A DNA stretch of 62,160 bases, counting the filler. It is 6 parts of 6 records of this genome, joined end to end, with 100 filler letters (N's around TTAATTAATTAA, not from the genome) between each part and the next. Parts side by side here need not be neighbours in the genome. Positions count along the whole stretch, not along the records: positions 1 to 20,176 come from SRR2962707_1169; 5 more parts are not named here. The stretch is one strand, 5' to 3'. The notes beneath the pieces are model-generated. The model saw nothing but the letters and a program-made list of their open reading frames with translations. It was not told the DNA's origin and did no database searches. Shown one piece after another: positions 1 through 15,200 of the stretch. Made by a program: the position numbers and the translations under genes. How positions within the stretch are numbered: position 1 is the first letter of the stretch; each line of letters opens with the position of its first letter.

Positions 1-26
1 TGTGTGTGTGTGTGTGTGTGTGTGTG
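1..26. repeat. (TG)n microsatellite at window/contig start
   Basis: Perfect TG dinucleotide run. Confidence 0.95.
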
Positions 27-252
27 TCCCCTCTCCTCGGCTTTCCATGGGTGCCGGTTGGCGGTGAAGTTCGTGCCCCCGCAACGCCAAGTGGTGAGTT
101 TCAGAATTTCGAAGATACGCAGGCAGTTCGGTGGTCGTTCAAGTTGGGGGGGCATTGCTTGTCTTTACAATTGATTGATCTCCTCAACTGACAGTGAAGA
201 GGCCAGGGCGCGTGCCTGGGCGCCTGGGCGCACGCTGGAGTGAGCTGCGACG

Positions 253-3200
253 ATGTCCGTCTCAAAGGTGGTGAAAGGGCTGCTGCAAAAGTACTTGGGT
301 AAGTACATCAAGGGCCTGGACGACGATGCGCTCTCCCTCAAGTGGAGCGCGACCGAGCTGGTGGACTTGCAGTTGCAGGAAACGCTTTTCGACGACATGG
401 GGCTGCCGATGGTGCTGCACCGTGGCTTCGTTGGCAAGCTCAGGCTCGTGATCCCCTGGACGCAACTGGCGACGCTGTCGTCTTCCACGAAAATTGTGGT
501 CGAGCTCAGTGATATCTATGCCGTTTGTGTTGCCAAAGCCGATGTGAAGTACGACGCGAAGGACGAAGCAGCGAAGCAGCAGGCGTCGAAAGACAAGCTT
601 GTGGCGGCGTTTGAGGCGCAGCGCAAGAAGGCACTTCAAGAGGCGGAGGAGGCCGCAAAGAAGAATGGGGGAGGCAAGGCTGGGTTCGTGACGAATCTCA
701 TCCGCCAGCTCCTTGAAAATTTGCAGGTGACAGTGAGTCGTGTGCATTTGTGCCTCATCGACAACTCTTCGGTCCCGGATCGCACGTTCACTGTTGGCTT
801 TTACATTGGAGAGTTGAAGCTCTTGTCTGTCAAGGCCGCCGACTCGGAGGCTCATGTGGAAGAATCTTCTGGCCTCAGTTTCATGAAACGCGCGTCCTTG
901 AAAGATATGGCTATTTATATCAACACAACGTCCACCGCAGCAACAAGTTTGCCCTCGGACAGCAAACCCCCACGGAGTCCATTGCTGGGTGCGTCCCGGG
1001 AAGAGACTCAACGGATCCTGCTGGCACGCATGGACCCCACACGATCTGGTTGCTCGTACGTCATTCGGCCTACGGGCTTCGACATGTCGCTGGTCTTTAA
1101 CGGCAACGCGTCGAACACGGTTCCGCAGATGCAAGTTAATCTCACTCTCGAGGTGCTGGCGCTGGAACTCGCTAAGGCGCAGTATGCGTGTGTCATGGGT
1201 CTGCTGGACACAATGTCTCATTACCAGCTGTACGCGCGTTATCGCAGCTTCAAACCGCCGCAGCTACAAACGCAGCGCCCGAAAGGGACGAAAAACTGCA
1301 TGGCATGGTGGGTCTACGCTTGCGACTGCGTGCGCTCTGACGTGCGCCTGCAGGCGACGCGGCGATCATGGACGCGTGTTGTTCGCCTTGCCAAAATTCG
1401 CGATGTGTACGTCGGTCTTTTTTTTCGTGCCTTGGTAAGCCCCAAAGATAAAACTATAAAGGCAGCAGTGGCCGAACAAGATGCCAAGTTGGAAGTAGAG
1501 GAGATCATTCACTTCCGAAAACTCGCATACGCCAAGTACGAGGCCAGCCCAGAAGCAGCGCTTGCCAAGCAAAGCTACGCACGCCGCGCGCTTGGCGCTG
1601 TGACATCGTGGATTCCATCCTTCGGATTTGGTGGAAAATCTTCAAGCGAAAGCGACAACAGTGGCGACGGTGACAGTGACTGGAACGCGGCAATGAAGGA
1701 AATGGAACAAAAGTCCACCGTGACGGAGGATTACCAACTGAAGCACGCCGAGGATATTGGCATGCAGCTTTTGATCAAGATGCCAAAGATTTTGGTCTCC
1801 CTTGTGGACGCGTCCCCAGAGCGTGGGCCTATTATTAGCATTGCACTGGATTCACTGGACTTTCAGATGATTCAGCGCCAAAAATTTCTCGCGCTGCGGC
1901 TGTGAGTTTCCTTTTCACTGCAACGCTTTTGAGAACTTTCGTCAATTCGCTAAGCGCTTTTTGCGCACATTCTTCTTTCCATTAAATTTGCGGTGCTGCT
2001 TTCATCTGTGCAAATGGCCTGTCCTCTGCGATGTTTTTTTTGCGTGATGCCAGGCATGCTATGGATCTGGAGGTCCGCGATCACGTCACCAAAGACTCGA
2101 AATTTCCCTTGATTATCTCCCGGATCGAACTTGACGAGCGAGATGCCGCCGAGCCACTGCTTGGGCTGCAGATGGCCATGCCGCCGCTTGACGGGTCATC
2201 GAGTTTGTCACTGCGTCTGCGTGGTCGACCGCTCCATGTTGTTGCCAATTTACCATTTCTACTTGGCTTGTCCGACTTTTTTGCAGTGCAGCCAGTCAAC
2301 TTGCATGCACTTGAGGAAGCAATGATCAATGCACTCGGGGCAGCGCGACAGCAAAGCTCCGCAGCGATTGCAGATGCGCTTGAGGCTCACAAATCGCTCA
2401 ATATTGACATTTTGTGGCTTGCTCCCAAGATCTTGCTTCCGGCTGACTGCACAGAAAAAGAAGGCTTGGTTGCTGTGGTAGATCTTGGCCAACTCAAGGT
2501 CACCAGTGCTGAGTCTCTCACTGCGAGCCAAATCATGGATGGCGCACCACCTGGATCGCAGCATGGTGCTGCTGCAAGCGATGAAACTAGCATCGTCGCG
2601 CGACCCGCCGAGACTCTGTACGTCACACACGAGTTGCGTTGATCGTGGGAGCTCTGCATGGTTAAATGCACGCTTAACTGACAAGTTGCTGCCTTGTCAA
2701 CGATGTACTTCACAGGTACGATCAAATAAAAGTGTCACTCAAAGACGTGAAACTGCTTGTTGCACAATATGGGCACCCGGCAGCATGGTGGAGCGTCGAT
2801 GTTCAGGAACGGGCACATCTTTGCTTGCTTCAGCCAGTGGACGTCAATGTTGGCGTATTTTTCTGCATTGGTGGAACGGTCAACTCCGACGATGCCAGAT
2901 TATTGTTGGATCTGCACCTTTTGCCCGTCAGGGTAGCCGTGACAACCACCAAACTTGGCCAGCTGATGTACCTGGCAGATGCCATCACAAACAGCTTGTC
3001 GTCACTCCGATCGAACGAAGTGCCGACGTCTACAACAGCACGCAGTGACGGGGCACGCGCTCGCAGCGGGACAAACTCCAAGTCTGTACCGGGCGCTCAT
3101 CATGTTGTGCCTCCAAGCAAGCAAGGCCGTGCAGGCTCCGTGGGTGCAGAAGGTTCCAACGATTTTACGGAACTCTACAAAGTGCCACAAGAGGAAGGTC

Positions 3201-6200
3201 AGCGGCGCAGCAGAGAGCGAATGCGAGACCTTGAGGCACAGCGTTTTAACAGCAAGTTTGGCTGGGTCGAGGATGACATCGAGCTGGCGAACAAAAACAC
3301 CTCTTTGTTGACCAAGGTAAGGATTGATGGATTTAGCCTTGCCTTTGGAAGAGATGGATATCTATTTAAGCCTGGAACCACCGATGGAGGCGGCTTCATG
3401 GATGGTTACGACGTAGAAGATGTCCTGAACGTGTCATTGCTGGCCATCGGAGCAACTTATCGACAAAAAACTTTTTCAAAGCGTATCACGGCGCGCATTG
3501 GCTCGTTTTTCATCGAGGATTGCTTTTTGACTGCCCAACGCGGGAAACCATCTTTCATAATGAATGCCGCAGATACGCGGGAGTCGCTGGCGGACATTAC
3601 CGGGGAAAGGGCTGCACCGTTGGACCCGCTCATGGACGTCACCGTTCATATGGTTGATCCGCTTGACGCGCACTACGCAAATTCCCCTGCAGACATAATG
3701 GTCGATGCATCGTTCCGGGCACTGACCATAATCCTCAACCAAGAATCTCTTGCGAAGGTTATTTTGGTCTTCGCCAAGCTTGCTGAACAGCACGGGGGTG
3801 ATCGTGACAATAGCCGCGATACTTCAAGTCCAAGTCCGTCTATTGCGGCCCCGGCACCCGAAGCCTTGCCAATGCAGCAGAAACCCATCCAGCAAACGAA
3901 CCTCAATTCTTTTGCCGATTTCCATTGCAGCGTTGCAGTATCAGCATCCCTCAAGTCGGTTGGCCTGGTGTTAAATGCCAAGAAATCGCCGGTGCTCTCC
4001 GTTTCACTTGTCGACTTCGGGGCAGATGTGGCTCTCGGAGCCACACGCACAGACATTGCTGCGTGGTTAACGGCCGTTGAAATTGAAGATCTGACTCTGC
4101 CAGTGAACCATGACTATCGCCAAATTCTTGCTCCCATGTTCACGAACGAAGTCACAAACCCGATAGCTCCACGGGGGAACACCGCTGCGGTACCCGGGCA
4201 TCTTGCTGTTCTGGGTCGTGCTCGCATCGCACTTGATGGGTCACCTGTTGCTGGTCGAAGCAATAGCCAAACTGACAGCGGCTGCGAAGGAGCTGATAGT
4301 GTCTCTCAAACAGAAGCCCCACAGAGACTATTGACGCTTGGCCTCACCATGCTCGACGGAAAATGCCCACATTTCCAGGGTTACAGCATGGATGTTGCGT
4401 GTGAAATGGCTACGCTTCGCATCGTGGTGTTGTTTCGGTACATTGATGAAGTTACCCGTTACTTTTTGGAAGGAGAGCTCATGCAGGCAGTGAACCAAAA
4501 CAAAAACTCGGCGCTCGTGCAATCTGCAAGTAAGTCTGCAGCAGAGTACTCGGAGCAGATAAGCGATGCAGCGAGTAAGAGTGCAGCAGCAGCTTACAAC
4601 GCAACTGTGGGCTCGGAGGTGGAAGTTGAAGAACGTGAAGCCAAGGCGGCCAAAGCTAAAGCTGTACGGGAAGCAGCAGCCAAAAAGGCAAAGCACGACG
4701 CCGCGCAACCGCCGTCCTCGGCTATTCCGCGAATGCGAGTGTGCATTGCCAGCCAGGTGATTCTGGTGCCGGTTGCAACGGATTCGAGAGAACACGTTGA
4801 GCTGCGTATGGCCCGCGTTGTTGTAGGAAATGTTCTCGAGCGCGACCTCGTTGCGGAAGCGCAGATGGAAGCAGGGACTGGGACTATGGGTTCAGGGATC
4901 GGCTTGATTGGGTCGCAAGAGCGCTCCGAAGATGCACTTGCACTGAACTCCCTCAAGTCGTTGATTGGGATGTCATCGCAGCGTCGCTCGGCATCGGGGG
5001 GTGCATCAGTGGTTTCCGACGACGATTTCGAGAGTATAGTGTCTGGCACAACTGTTGATTCCGATGCAGATTTCGTTGACGCGGCAAGCACCCTCTCAGG
5101 CGATGCAGATTTTGCCAACTTTGCGGACTTTGACGATATAGACGCAACCCCCGTAGACGGCCGCGAGATGGATGAGGCCCGCGCCGTGTTATTTAGTAAG
5201 TTCAGCGATGTTGGGCGACAGCTTGCGAAGATCGAAGTTGACTTTGACGGATTCAGCATCATCACTGGAATTCTCGACGAGGGTCAGAACGAGAACAATG
5301 CCGATTGCAGACTGCTGCGTAACTTTGTCTTGGCACGCACAGGCCTCAAGATAAATGTTGACACAACTTCGCCAGTTTCCATTGACATTGACTTGACGCG
5401 CGTGTGCATTGGAATATCGACACAACAGATTGCTTGCTGCCTCCGTATTTTGTCAAACAACCTTACCGAGAAAGGTTCGCTGACCTACGACGAATTGCAG
5501 CTTGAAGAAACTTTGGCGGCAGTGCAAGACACGAACGCTCTCACGAACTCTACGACTGGAGGCGCTGCCAAGGCACAGTGTCCGCGTGAAGCCAGCCAGT
5601 CAGGTCGTCGATCACGGTCAACAAAGCGTCACAGAAAAGGACTCGCATCTGCCCCCTCGACGCCTGCAAAACAAACACGTAGCGGCGGTGGCGCAAAGCC
5701 TGGAAGTACAAGCTCGGCCGCAGACGATTGGATTGTTCGCCCCACGTTGTCACTTGACGTGCGTCTCCACGGCTTTGAATTTGAGCTCATTACAGCTTTG
5801 GAGTCCTCCGATGAAGGAGCACATTCACTTGGAGCTGAGGGAAAACTGCCCACGGGCCATGGGTCTCAACTTGACACCTCACGGCCCAGTAAATCGCCTG
5901 CCGCGGCTACGCGACCCCAGGCCGATGGCGAAGATGAGGCTCTGATGTCTGTGCGGCCAAACTCGTTAGCGAAGCTTTCCTGCGGCAAAATATTTGTGAT
6001 GTTCAGCATGTACAATACTGGCGGCGGCTCGACCGGTATGAAGCTGAACCTTTCACTCGCACACATTGCACTGGTTGACACCCGTGATGACTCGTCTGGG
6101 TTTGCAGCACCATTTCGGCGGCTCTTGGAAATTCGCAGCTACGAGATGCCATACGCCTTTACTTTGACATTTTCGCAGGGCAAAGTTTTGCGTGGCTCGT

Positions 6201-9200
6201 CGGTCAAGAAACCGCGGAGCCGCACGGGGGCTACACCGGGTGTTGTGGCCGGCAGGAATACTGATCGGGCCAGGGCAGGCAGCGTTGGCACGGACGATCT
6301 CGGGGCAGAGGTTGAATATGATATGAGGGTTAATATGTTTTTGTCCGGGATCCGAGTTGTAGCGCTGGAACATGCATTTGCACTGATGAACTACGGAACA
6401 GTTTTGCAGAACTTCATGGCTTCCCAGGATGTGACGAGCGCCAAGGGCGGGAACGATAACAGTGAAACTGAGGCCAAATCGGGAACGGGGCCAGATTCTT
6501 CCAATGAAAGTAGCGCTGTCGACCAGGCAACAGCCGAGTCGTCATCGTCTTCGACACAGCAGCAGGAGAACTCCGAGACTGCTGGCGCTGAACAAGTTGT
6601 TCAGGAAGCCGTTGATCCATCTTCGTCAACCTCAATTTACGTGAATGTTCATGTCCATAAACCTACAGTGTTCTTGCTTCAGGATCTGTCGTATAATAAC
6701 CCGACTGCTTTAGCTTTGTCTTCGGACATCAAAATTGCGTGTTCAATCATGGGTCCAGGAAGCGGGCCAGTGAGCGGTACACACGCAAAGTTATTGCTAC
6801 AAAATGTACGGTGTTACCGGAGTAGCGTGCTTCAACGCACGCAGCCAGAGCCACACGCCATGGACTTTTTGCAGCCCCTCCAAGGAACACTTGCTGTGTG
6901 CCTACAGCAAAAGAGCGATGTGGCTTGGTTAGTGCGCCTAGTGCCCCTGCTGTGCCTGCGACGCTGCATTCCGTAGTATCTCAACTCTGCAATTGTATGC
7001 GGCTTTGCCGTTGATTCATATTTGTTTGGTCGCTTTGTGCATTTTTGCCTGCTTGATGCCGCTTAGGAACAAGTTGAACTTGCCACTCGTTCAATTGTTG
7101 CAACCGGACGATCAGATCTGCGATGCTAGCATCAAGTTCTCCGCATTGGCTTTACGCGTGGGTTTTGACGACTCCTTGCTCATCACACGTGCATTGTCGT
7201 GTCTCTTGAAAGCACAAGCAGAGGCTGCAGTAGAGGAGACAAAAAAACATACAGATAAGAACAACAAGAGCCACGCCGACTCTCGTGCATCCTCAACAGC
7301 GGTTGTGGTGAGCTCAAGTGCTAGTATGGAGGAAAACTCCGTGGAAGAAAAAAGAAATGACGCTGATTCGGACGAAGGTGAAACTGCGGATGGCGCAGCA
7401 GTTGAAGGCCCTGCTACGAAAATGCTCATTTTGGCGAACGTCAACATTCCAATCGTTGTTGTCGATCTCATCAACGACCTCGGGCGACGCCAGCTCCCAT
7501 TAATACAGCTTCGGTCTCGGCGTCTCGGCGTGGCGGTTCAAATGCTGGAAGAATATGTAGACGCTGATGTCCAGTTGGCCTTAAACGCAGTGTACTACAA
7601 CGAGAAACTCACCGTATGGGAGCCAATGGTAGAGCCCTGGAGCTGTGGAGTCGTGTACCGCCAAGAGCGTGTGAGTGACCCTGCCGAAATTCTTCGTCAA
7701 AGTCCCACACGAAGCATTATTTCTGTGTCTGCAGAGGAACGGTTGGATCTAAACCTGACAGTGGAACTTGTGCAACTGCTGATGGAAAATATGGTGCGCA
7801 CTGATCCTGGCAGCTGGGTGCGTGTGTTGCCAATCATTTCTTTGTCGTCTGACACCTATGACATGTTTGCGCATAGACTTTAATATCCTCTGTTGATTTC
7901 ACGAACACGGACGAAGACGACCCCGAGAATGTGAGCTTGTCCAACTTTTACATTGAAATTGAAAACAGCCTTGGTCTGGGCGTCGAAGTCAACGAAGCAG
8001 TCGACACATCTCGAGCAGTTCAAAAGGAAATTCAAAACCGGGCGAAGGGCCATTCACCTCGAAACTTGGACAGTCGCCATGGCGCACAGAGCGCAAATGA
8101 TGGTGGCAAGAGTGGTGTTGGTCGAAACCTGTACCTTGCAGACCAGGCCGAATCGTGGGTCCCCTTGCCCACTGCAGGCAGCCACCAGTTGCAGCTGCCT
8201 TCGAATCTTAGTGCCCCGAAGCTCGGTCAAAATGATTTCCACCTTCCGTCAACGCGATTTGTCAGTGTCAAAGTGGCCCAGAGCTGGGCACCGTGCGATG
8301 TTAATGTTGATCGGGTTGGGATCAGCCGTTATAGCCTGCACACAAAGTGCATGGTGCTGCACCTCACCCACTTGGATCTGTCCAATGGCGCAGCCGCTCG
8401 CCTGGCCACATCATCTGCTGGGAGTGAGGGCAAGCAAGGAAGTCCCACGGCAGTCGCTTCTGGAGTCGGCAGAGATTACACAACACAGTACGTCATTTTG
8501 CGGGCAAATTTGATCGAGCCGGGTCTGTGGCATATCTGGTGACGTATCGCAAATCTGGTGAGGGACGCTGATCGTATTGCTGGTTTTGCTGTGGTTTGGG
8601 TGTGTAGGTACAACTTGTTTTTCGGTAGATTTAATGCGTGCCTTTTCGAGGTCACCCTATTGGACAGCGATGGAACACCAAGGTCGCAGCCGCAGCGCCG
8701 AACCATTCGCCGCCCGGGCATGGTGGAGGCCCAAAACAATGAGTTTGAAGCAAACGACGGGGAAATGCCTGATTCAGCTCAACCCGCGGCCGGGGCAACT
8801 GTCGTGATTGGAAACCCAGATCCGTGCGTGAACGAACAAGCAGCGATGGTTGCTTTTCCCAAAGGCTGTGATCGACGCCGTGCCCACTGTGACTCAGATC
8901 AGTTTCGTCATTTCTTTGTTGTTGTTGTTGTTGTTGTCGCTGTTGGTCCAGGTACCTTGATATTGAAATGGATGTGCATTTGACTCTCCGTAATGTTGAT
9001 GAAGAGCAAGTACAGATCAGAGTGTTTCGATGCCGGGCAGGCGCTGATGGTGCAGTCGGCAACCTCTTTGGTGGGTTGACAACAATTGGAAACACCATTG
9101 GGGGCCAAAAGGCCCTTGCTGTTTTGACTGTTCCGGTCAAACACTTGCTTCCGCGCCACGACAACAAAAGCGGTGCTGGGGGATCCGTCACATTTTCTAT

Positions 9201-12200
9201 AGCCAGAGCAAGGTCAACTCGGCCAGGTCAGGGCAGTGCAAATGGCGCGGGCCCACCGCTTGGATCTCTCACGTTGGATGCGCGCAAATCATCTTATGAA
9301 TTCACAGGGAGGGTGCAGCAACCCACTTTTGGGCGTAAAGCTTCAAAAACTCAACAAGCGCCGGAAGCATCGTCCGCTGAGGCGAGCACGACCGATGCCG
9401 AAACTGCTGTCCCTGCTTCAGAGCCGATAAGCTCATCTTCCCGCGAGCAAGCACGTATTCGCAAAAACCACAAGTCTAAAACAGGCGAACCGAATGAGAC
9501 GGCGTTTAATCCAACAGTCGATTACGTGTGCGAAGTGCGCATCCGCAGTGGCCGAAAAGTGCTAGAAGTCCGGTCTGGTGTAAAGCTCTTGAATCAGTGC
9601 GCGATGGACATTGACGTTCAAATGGACGAGACTGCACATCCTGTCATTTTGAGCACCTCAGCGGGGGAAAGCACGGAAGGAGAAACTGGTGGCGGGGGCG
9701 GTGCTAAACGCACCTCAAATCCCGCTCGCCGTCGTCAGCGACTGAGAGTCGGCGGTGAATTGTGCATTCCGCTGCACCTTTTGTCCAAGCGTGGTTTTAT
9801 TTCCATGCGCCCCCGCGGACGCTTACCTCGTGGAATGCGTAAACCCGATGACCGCCGCCACAATGCCTATGACTTTTCTAAACCGCAGTCCTTAGTCAGT
9901 TTGCTTGGCAGCGAGCCGCATCGGGAGTTGACTTTTCAGCCATGCGTTGCAGGGGCTGGGTCGTGCGTGTCAATTGCGATGTCTATCGAGACGGACATGT
10001 TCGGCCAAAAATTTGTTCGGCTATGCCCCGCACTTGTGGTGACAAACTTGGTACCACTCCCGTTGACGCTGAGGACTTGCCTTTCCGGCGATTATTGTGG
10101 TAGGTCTGGAACCCCGAACACCGATCATGATAGTTTGAGTGGTGTTGATGTTGAGGGTCGTGATGAAATTGTTGCGGAGTCAAGGGCTGCAGCTGGGGAG
10201 CTATCGCAGGCAGCTGACGCTTCTCGAAGAGAATGTGGCGAGCCGCGAACCCTTCAGCCAACAGAATCGATCAAAATCCATGATGTGCAGCGCGACATTG
10301 GCCTTTCATTGCAAGTGTCGTTGACGATCGGGCAGTCGTTGGGACCAAAGGTATGGAGTCGTCCGACACTGTTGATGCAGCAACCGAAAGAGACCAGCCA
10401 CCAAGCCGTAAGAAAGGGTGCTTTGACCGTGGAACAACACCAAGCACGAGAGCACCGCCTCATCAAGTCAGCCTCAACATCATCAGTTCAAGTCTTGAGG
10501 CTAGAATTGCCCGCCCTGGACGGCTCTAAAAAACAGGGCAGTGGTGGGCGTGACGACGAAGATGAAGCCGCAGACCACGTACTTACATACAAAACACGCC
10601 TTGTTTTTGATATTTTACGCGCCGAGCCTCTGGCTGATGCAGTTGTTGATGATGAACCAGACGCTCACCAAAAAGTTGAATCGGACAAGTCGAAAGCACG
10701 CCGCGATGATTTTTCTTTTCCATCACAGTTGACACTCATATTGGAAGTTGCGGGGAACGTGTGCTCGAACTCGTGGCATGCAAAAATTTATAGCGAGTTC
10801 GTTCTACGAGTTTACCATTGTTGTCCAATGTGTATCCGTCTTTTTGTGTCGGATTGCTAGTCGAGTTCTGCAACCCTGAATCGAGGCTGTTGAAGCTGTA
10901 TTTCGTGGAGCTGAGATTCGTTTTTGTCTGTGGTGCTCTGCCATTGCAGGTATCTTGTGCTCAACTACACGCCTTTCCCTGTCCTCATCAGCGAGATGCC
11001 GGAGGCAAGTGATGGGTTGGAAGGAGCCGTTGTGGACCCGAGTAGGCGCCATGATGGATTTTCGTGCGGTGTAAATGCATCTCTGAATGTGCCTGCGTTG
11101 ATTGCTTCGTCAACTGCAACGGAAAGGTCGGACAAACAGTGCGAGTAAGTGAACGTGGTGGAGGCAGATGGAACTCGCAACGCGGAAACAATGATCGGTG
11201 AAAGTCGTTTCTGATCATCTTTTCCGCAACGTGCGTTGCATGTGCCTCCAATGTAGATATTTTGACGCGCCAGTACGTCTGTCGCTGTTCAGTTTCGTGG
11301 ACGAGGCCAACGACACATTTCCGGCCTTGCGAAAGCGAAAAAGGCAGCTGCGAAACAATAAAGAGAAGGCTGGGCAAGTGGCAGTGAAATTTTTGGCGCC
11401 TGATGGCCGCTCGATTGACACAGACTGGTCGGAGCTCTTCAGTATCGACCGCACAAACGTTCCAGGTTCTTTGTCTGTCGCTGTGAGGGAGTCCAGCAGC
11501 TATGAAACTGCCCCGGCGAGGGATGGTGGTGCTGCCGCTGCGGAGGCAGAACTGGTAAGTGAAGAGTCCGAATGGCTGGGCCCGTCTGCTGCAGTCCAGC
11601 CCGCTGCGCTTGAGCGGGTTACTCCCATTAGCTGCTCTGACATTGGCAAACTCCAGTCTTTGGAAATGGGCGTCAGTGTGTTCGCCGGCCCGGGGGCCTT
11701 CTTTCGCACAAAAGTAGTGAACGTTTTCCCGCGATTCCATCTTTTTAATCACACGACGTTCTCCCTTGCAGTGCGACCTGACCGCCCAAGTGACGCTATC
11801 GACTCGGTCGACGGAGGCCATGGTGTCGTAGTGATTCAACCCGGAACCACAGTGCCCTTTCATGTGCCCCGCCGAGCACACTCACACAGTGTCGAATCTG
11901 ACAACGCTCAAAGTGAGATCGATGCTAAAGTGTCGCTGTGCGTCGTGCAGCCGGATGGAGACAATGGTGGGCATGGTCTGCGTCAAGCGACAGCGTGGTC
12001 TGCCCCTTTCGGAATCGTGGAGTTGCAAAATTTCGTGCTAATGCTACGGACTGCCAGCTTGAATGCATTGGGAACGCAGTGTGCCAACGTGCAAATTCGA
12101 TCTGAAGAGGTTGATGGCAACATCACGTACGTTGGTGCAGGCCATGCATGCTGCTTGGGCATTGTTCACTGAGGCGTAAAGCGACCAACTCGTTCGTCGC

Positions 12201-15200
12201 GTTGACCAAAGCGTTGATCGTCTGCTGCAGGTATATTTTGGCAAGCGTCATTGCTAATGGAGAACGTGTGGTGGTGGAGTTCACCGAACGAAAAGCTGAG
12301 CGATTAGCATATCGCGTTGAGAATCAATGCTCTTTTGACACAGTGCTGTTTCACCAACTCGGGCATGAGCCTGAACCATCACACCAAGTCCGTCCTTTTG
12401 AGTCGCAAAGGTTTACTTGGGATGACCCCTCCGCCCCACATAAGCTTGTAGTCCGGGTGCAGCGGTGTTGGTGGAACTTTGGAATACCAGCCGATGCCAC
12501 GGCTACATCTAGCGGCGGCGGCAATGGATCGGGGACGTCGACTGAAGCCGATAGTGACACAGAGCTGGGCCCGAGCAGTCGCGAAGGCGGTCGTGCAAGT
12601 GCACAGAGTGGTGTGATTGATCCGCACTGGCGCCCCGTGGCCAAGGCACTCGAAATTGCCGGTCCAGACGAATTTGTGCACTCGGAGGAAGTTGTTGTTG
12701 ACCTCAAGGACTTGGCGTGGCAGGTTCCTAATTCAGAACTCCGGTTCCAGGTGGCTGGGCCAGCACCGAGCGGACGAATTCTACGTATGGCTCGAAAAAT
12801 GGATGGTCCTGTTGTCGTCCTCATCATCACTGACCTTCCGTTTTTGATGGACAATGGTAAAAAGCTGATTCAAGCTGAACTCAAGCAGTCACTGCGGCAG
12901 CGGCGCCTAAAGCTCGCCGCATTGTCGTTGGACTTAGAGCGCAAGGTTGCCACCCTCGGCGCATGTGAAGCACGTCTCGCCAGCTTGCAGCGTCTCGCTC
13001 AAGAAACGGTCCCCGCTTCTCCCCGCCCTCATGCGTCGGTGCCATGGTTGTGGCTAGACGTAGCTGGCCTGAGACATAACGGAACTTGGCTGAACGAGGG
13101 TCTTCGCCCAGGCCACGTACGATCTGTTCCCAGTAATGTGAGGTGTGAGCTGCGATTCCCACGACAAACAGAAGGACACATTTTCCGCCATGGCAGCCAC
13201 ATCAATGGTGGACAACTTCTGCCATTGATGCCTGCACGACGAACCGCAGCTGCAGGTGGCAGAGTTGCTGGCAACAGCGATGTGACTTTTGGCACGAATG
13301 GTGCGGGAGTAGTAGAATTGGAGTACGAACACAGCTGGGACACGACGTTTTCCACAGGGACTCCGAACTCTGAAAACCTGTGGTGTTGCCACTTGTTTGC
13401 CCGAAGCACTGCCGATGACACCGTGAAAGAAGACCTCAAAACAGATCCGGCAGGGTTGACCCTCGATCCCACAAGAGGAGGCGGGGGAGCAATTGCCTCG
13501 AACAGTGCTCTGCCCGCTAGCTGTAATTTTGTTGAGATTGTTTTGTTGCAAGGTTCCAATCGCATCCTTGGATCAACGACACTGAGCGTTGCACAGCTAT
13601 TGGGTTCCGACGGCACATTTGACTCAAGCTCGCCGCTCGACGTGTGGGTAAACTTGCCGGACATAGCCGGTGCTGAAAAGGCACTGAAGGCTCACAGCAA
13701 AAGCGTCCGACACCTCAAGAAGGGGCAACTCCCTCAGCCCCCTCTCCCAGCATCGAAACCTCTGTGGAGCGTCCGTCTGCGGCTGGCCCAAATTGTGGAC
13801 CCTTTGGAGGCCGTGCTTGCCGCTCGGGGCACACAATTGAAACGCTCTCACACAGTGCTTCAATCGCATCTTGAGCGCTTGAATTTGGAGTTAAAATCTG
13901 GGAATTTAGGTGTTCCCAAAACGAGCGACGAAGACGCGGAGGCAGCAGCTGCTGCAGCCACCACCGATGCAGGGAACGCTACTGTTTCGTTGCAGACACG
14001 TGATGTGCCGCTTTCCAAATCAGCGCAGGAGGCGGCGGCGGCAGGTGCCGAAGCCGCAGCAGGCATTGAAGGAATCCGACGCGAACTGTCCATTCTAGTG
14101 TCCAATGCTTCGGAGATGTTGCTTCCCTCCGAGGTGTCACTGGATAGCAATGTTCAAGCCTATGTTGCTGTTCGAGCCTATAACGCTGCAGGCGAGTACG
14201 TTCCAGGTGGCACCGTGCGGACCGAGCCACTTCCGTTGAACATCGAAGCACTACCGCCTCGCGACGTTGCTTTTGGTGGACCAGATGGCAGCACTTCGGA
14301 TTCCGGTGGAAGTTTGCAATCAATCGAGTTACATAGCCAGGAACCACTAGGCATATTTCTTGCGCCGCTCGCCAGTCATCGTGGGGATGGCACTATCATC
14401 GGGCTTCTTGTTACAGGCAAAGACGTCCAGTCGGAACATAGTGAACGCTTTAAACTGGACAAGATTACTGCGGGATGCGTGATAACACACGTGCGACGCT
14501 TGGAACTGGATGGCATGAGCTTTGAGGAGGCGCTTGCACAAATATCGGCCCCGCAGCGACCCTTGCTGATAGAGTTTGAACGCTCAATGAAGTTCGTATT
14601 TGTGCAATGTCGTCGTGCCCTTGCGCAACCAAATATGTTTGACATAACTCGCTTTTTGAAATGTTGTTAGGTATCTGTACGAACGAAACCAGTCACGTGC
14701 TCGGCAGCGCGGGCATCTGAACAGGAATTGCGGTAGCGTTGCCTGGGACCAACTTCTTGTTCCTGTAACTCGGGAGCAAGAGAAGGAGCTCCAAGCCAGG
14801 GCAAAAGAAGCAAGTGCGAAGAAGCGTCGCCGGGGCGGCGGTGGTGCGAAAAAGGCCGCGCCTGGAGAACCCGTTGTGGTTGAGGACGTGCAGGTCGCGG
14901 AACTCGAAATTTTTGTTTACATTCGAGACAGTAGTTCTCGTCCATTCATGGCAGTCCATCGCGGTGACGAGCACGAGGTCGTGAAAAATGTAGCGTATTT
15001 ACTTGGCCAGGAGCAAGTGCTTGGGGAGCTTGCGGCCACGACTGTTGGCGTGGCGCCAATCGCCGAAGGCGATTGTGCAATTGGAATGACGCGCATAACT
15101 GTCAAGAAAAGTCGTGCAAGCGAGACGGACGACGTGTGGGAAGGGGAGGTGCTTCTTCGGGATGCACACGGGTCACCGGCTGGACGGCTGACTCTCAGCA

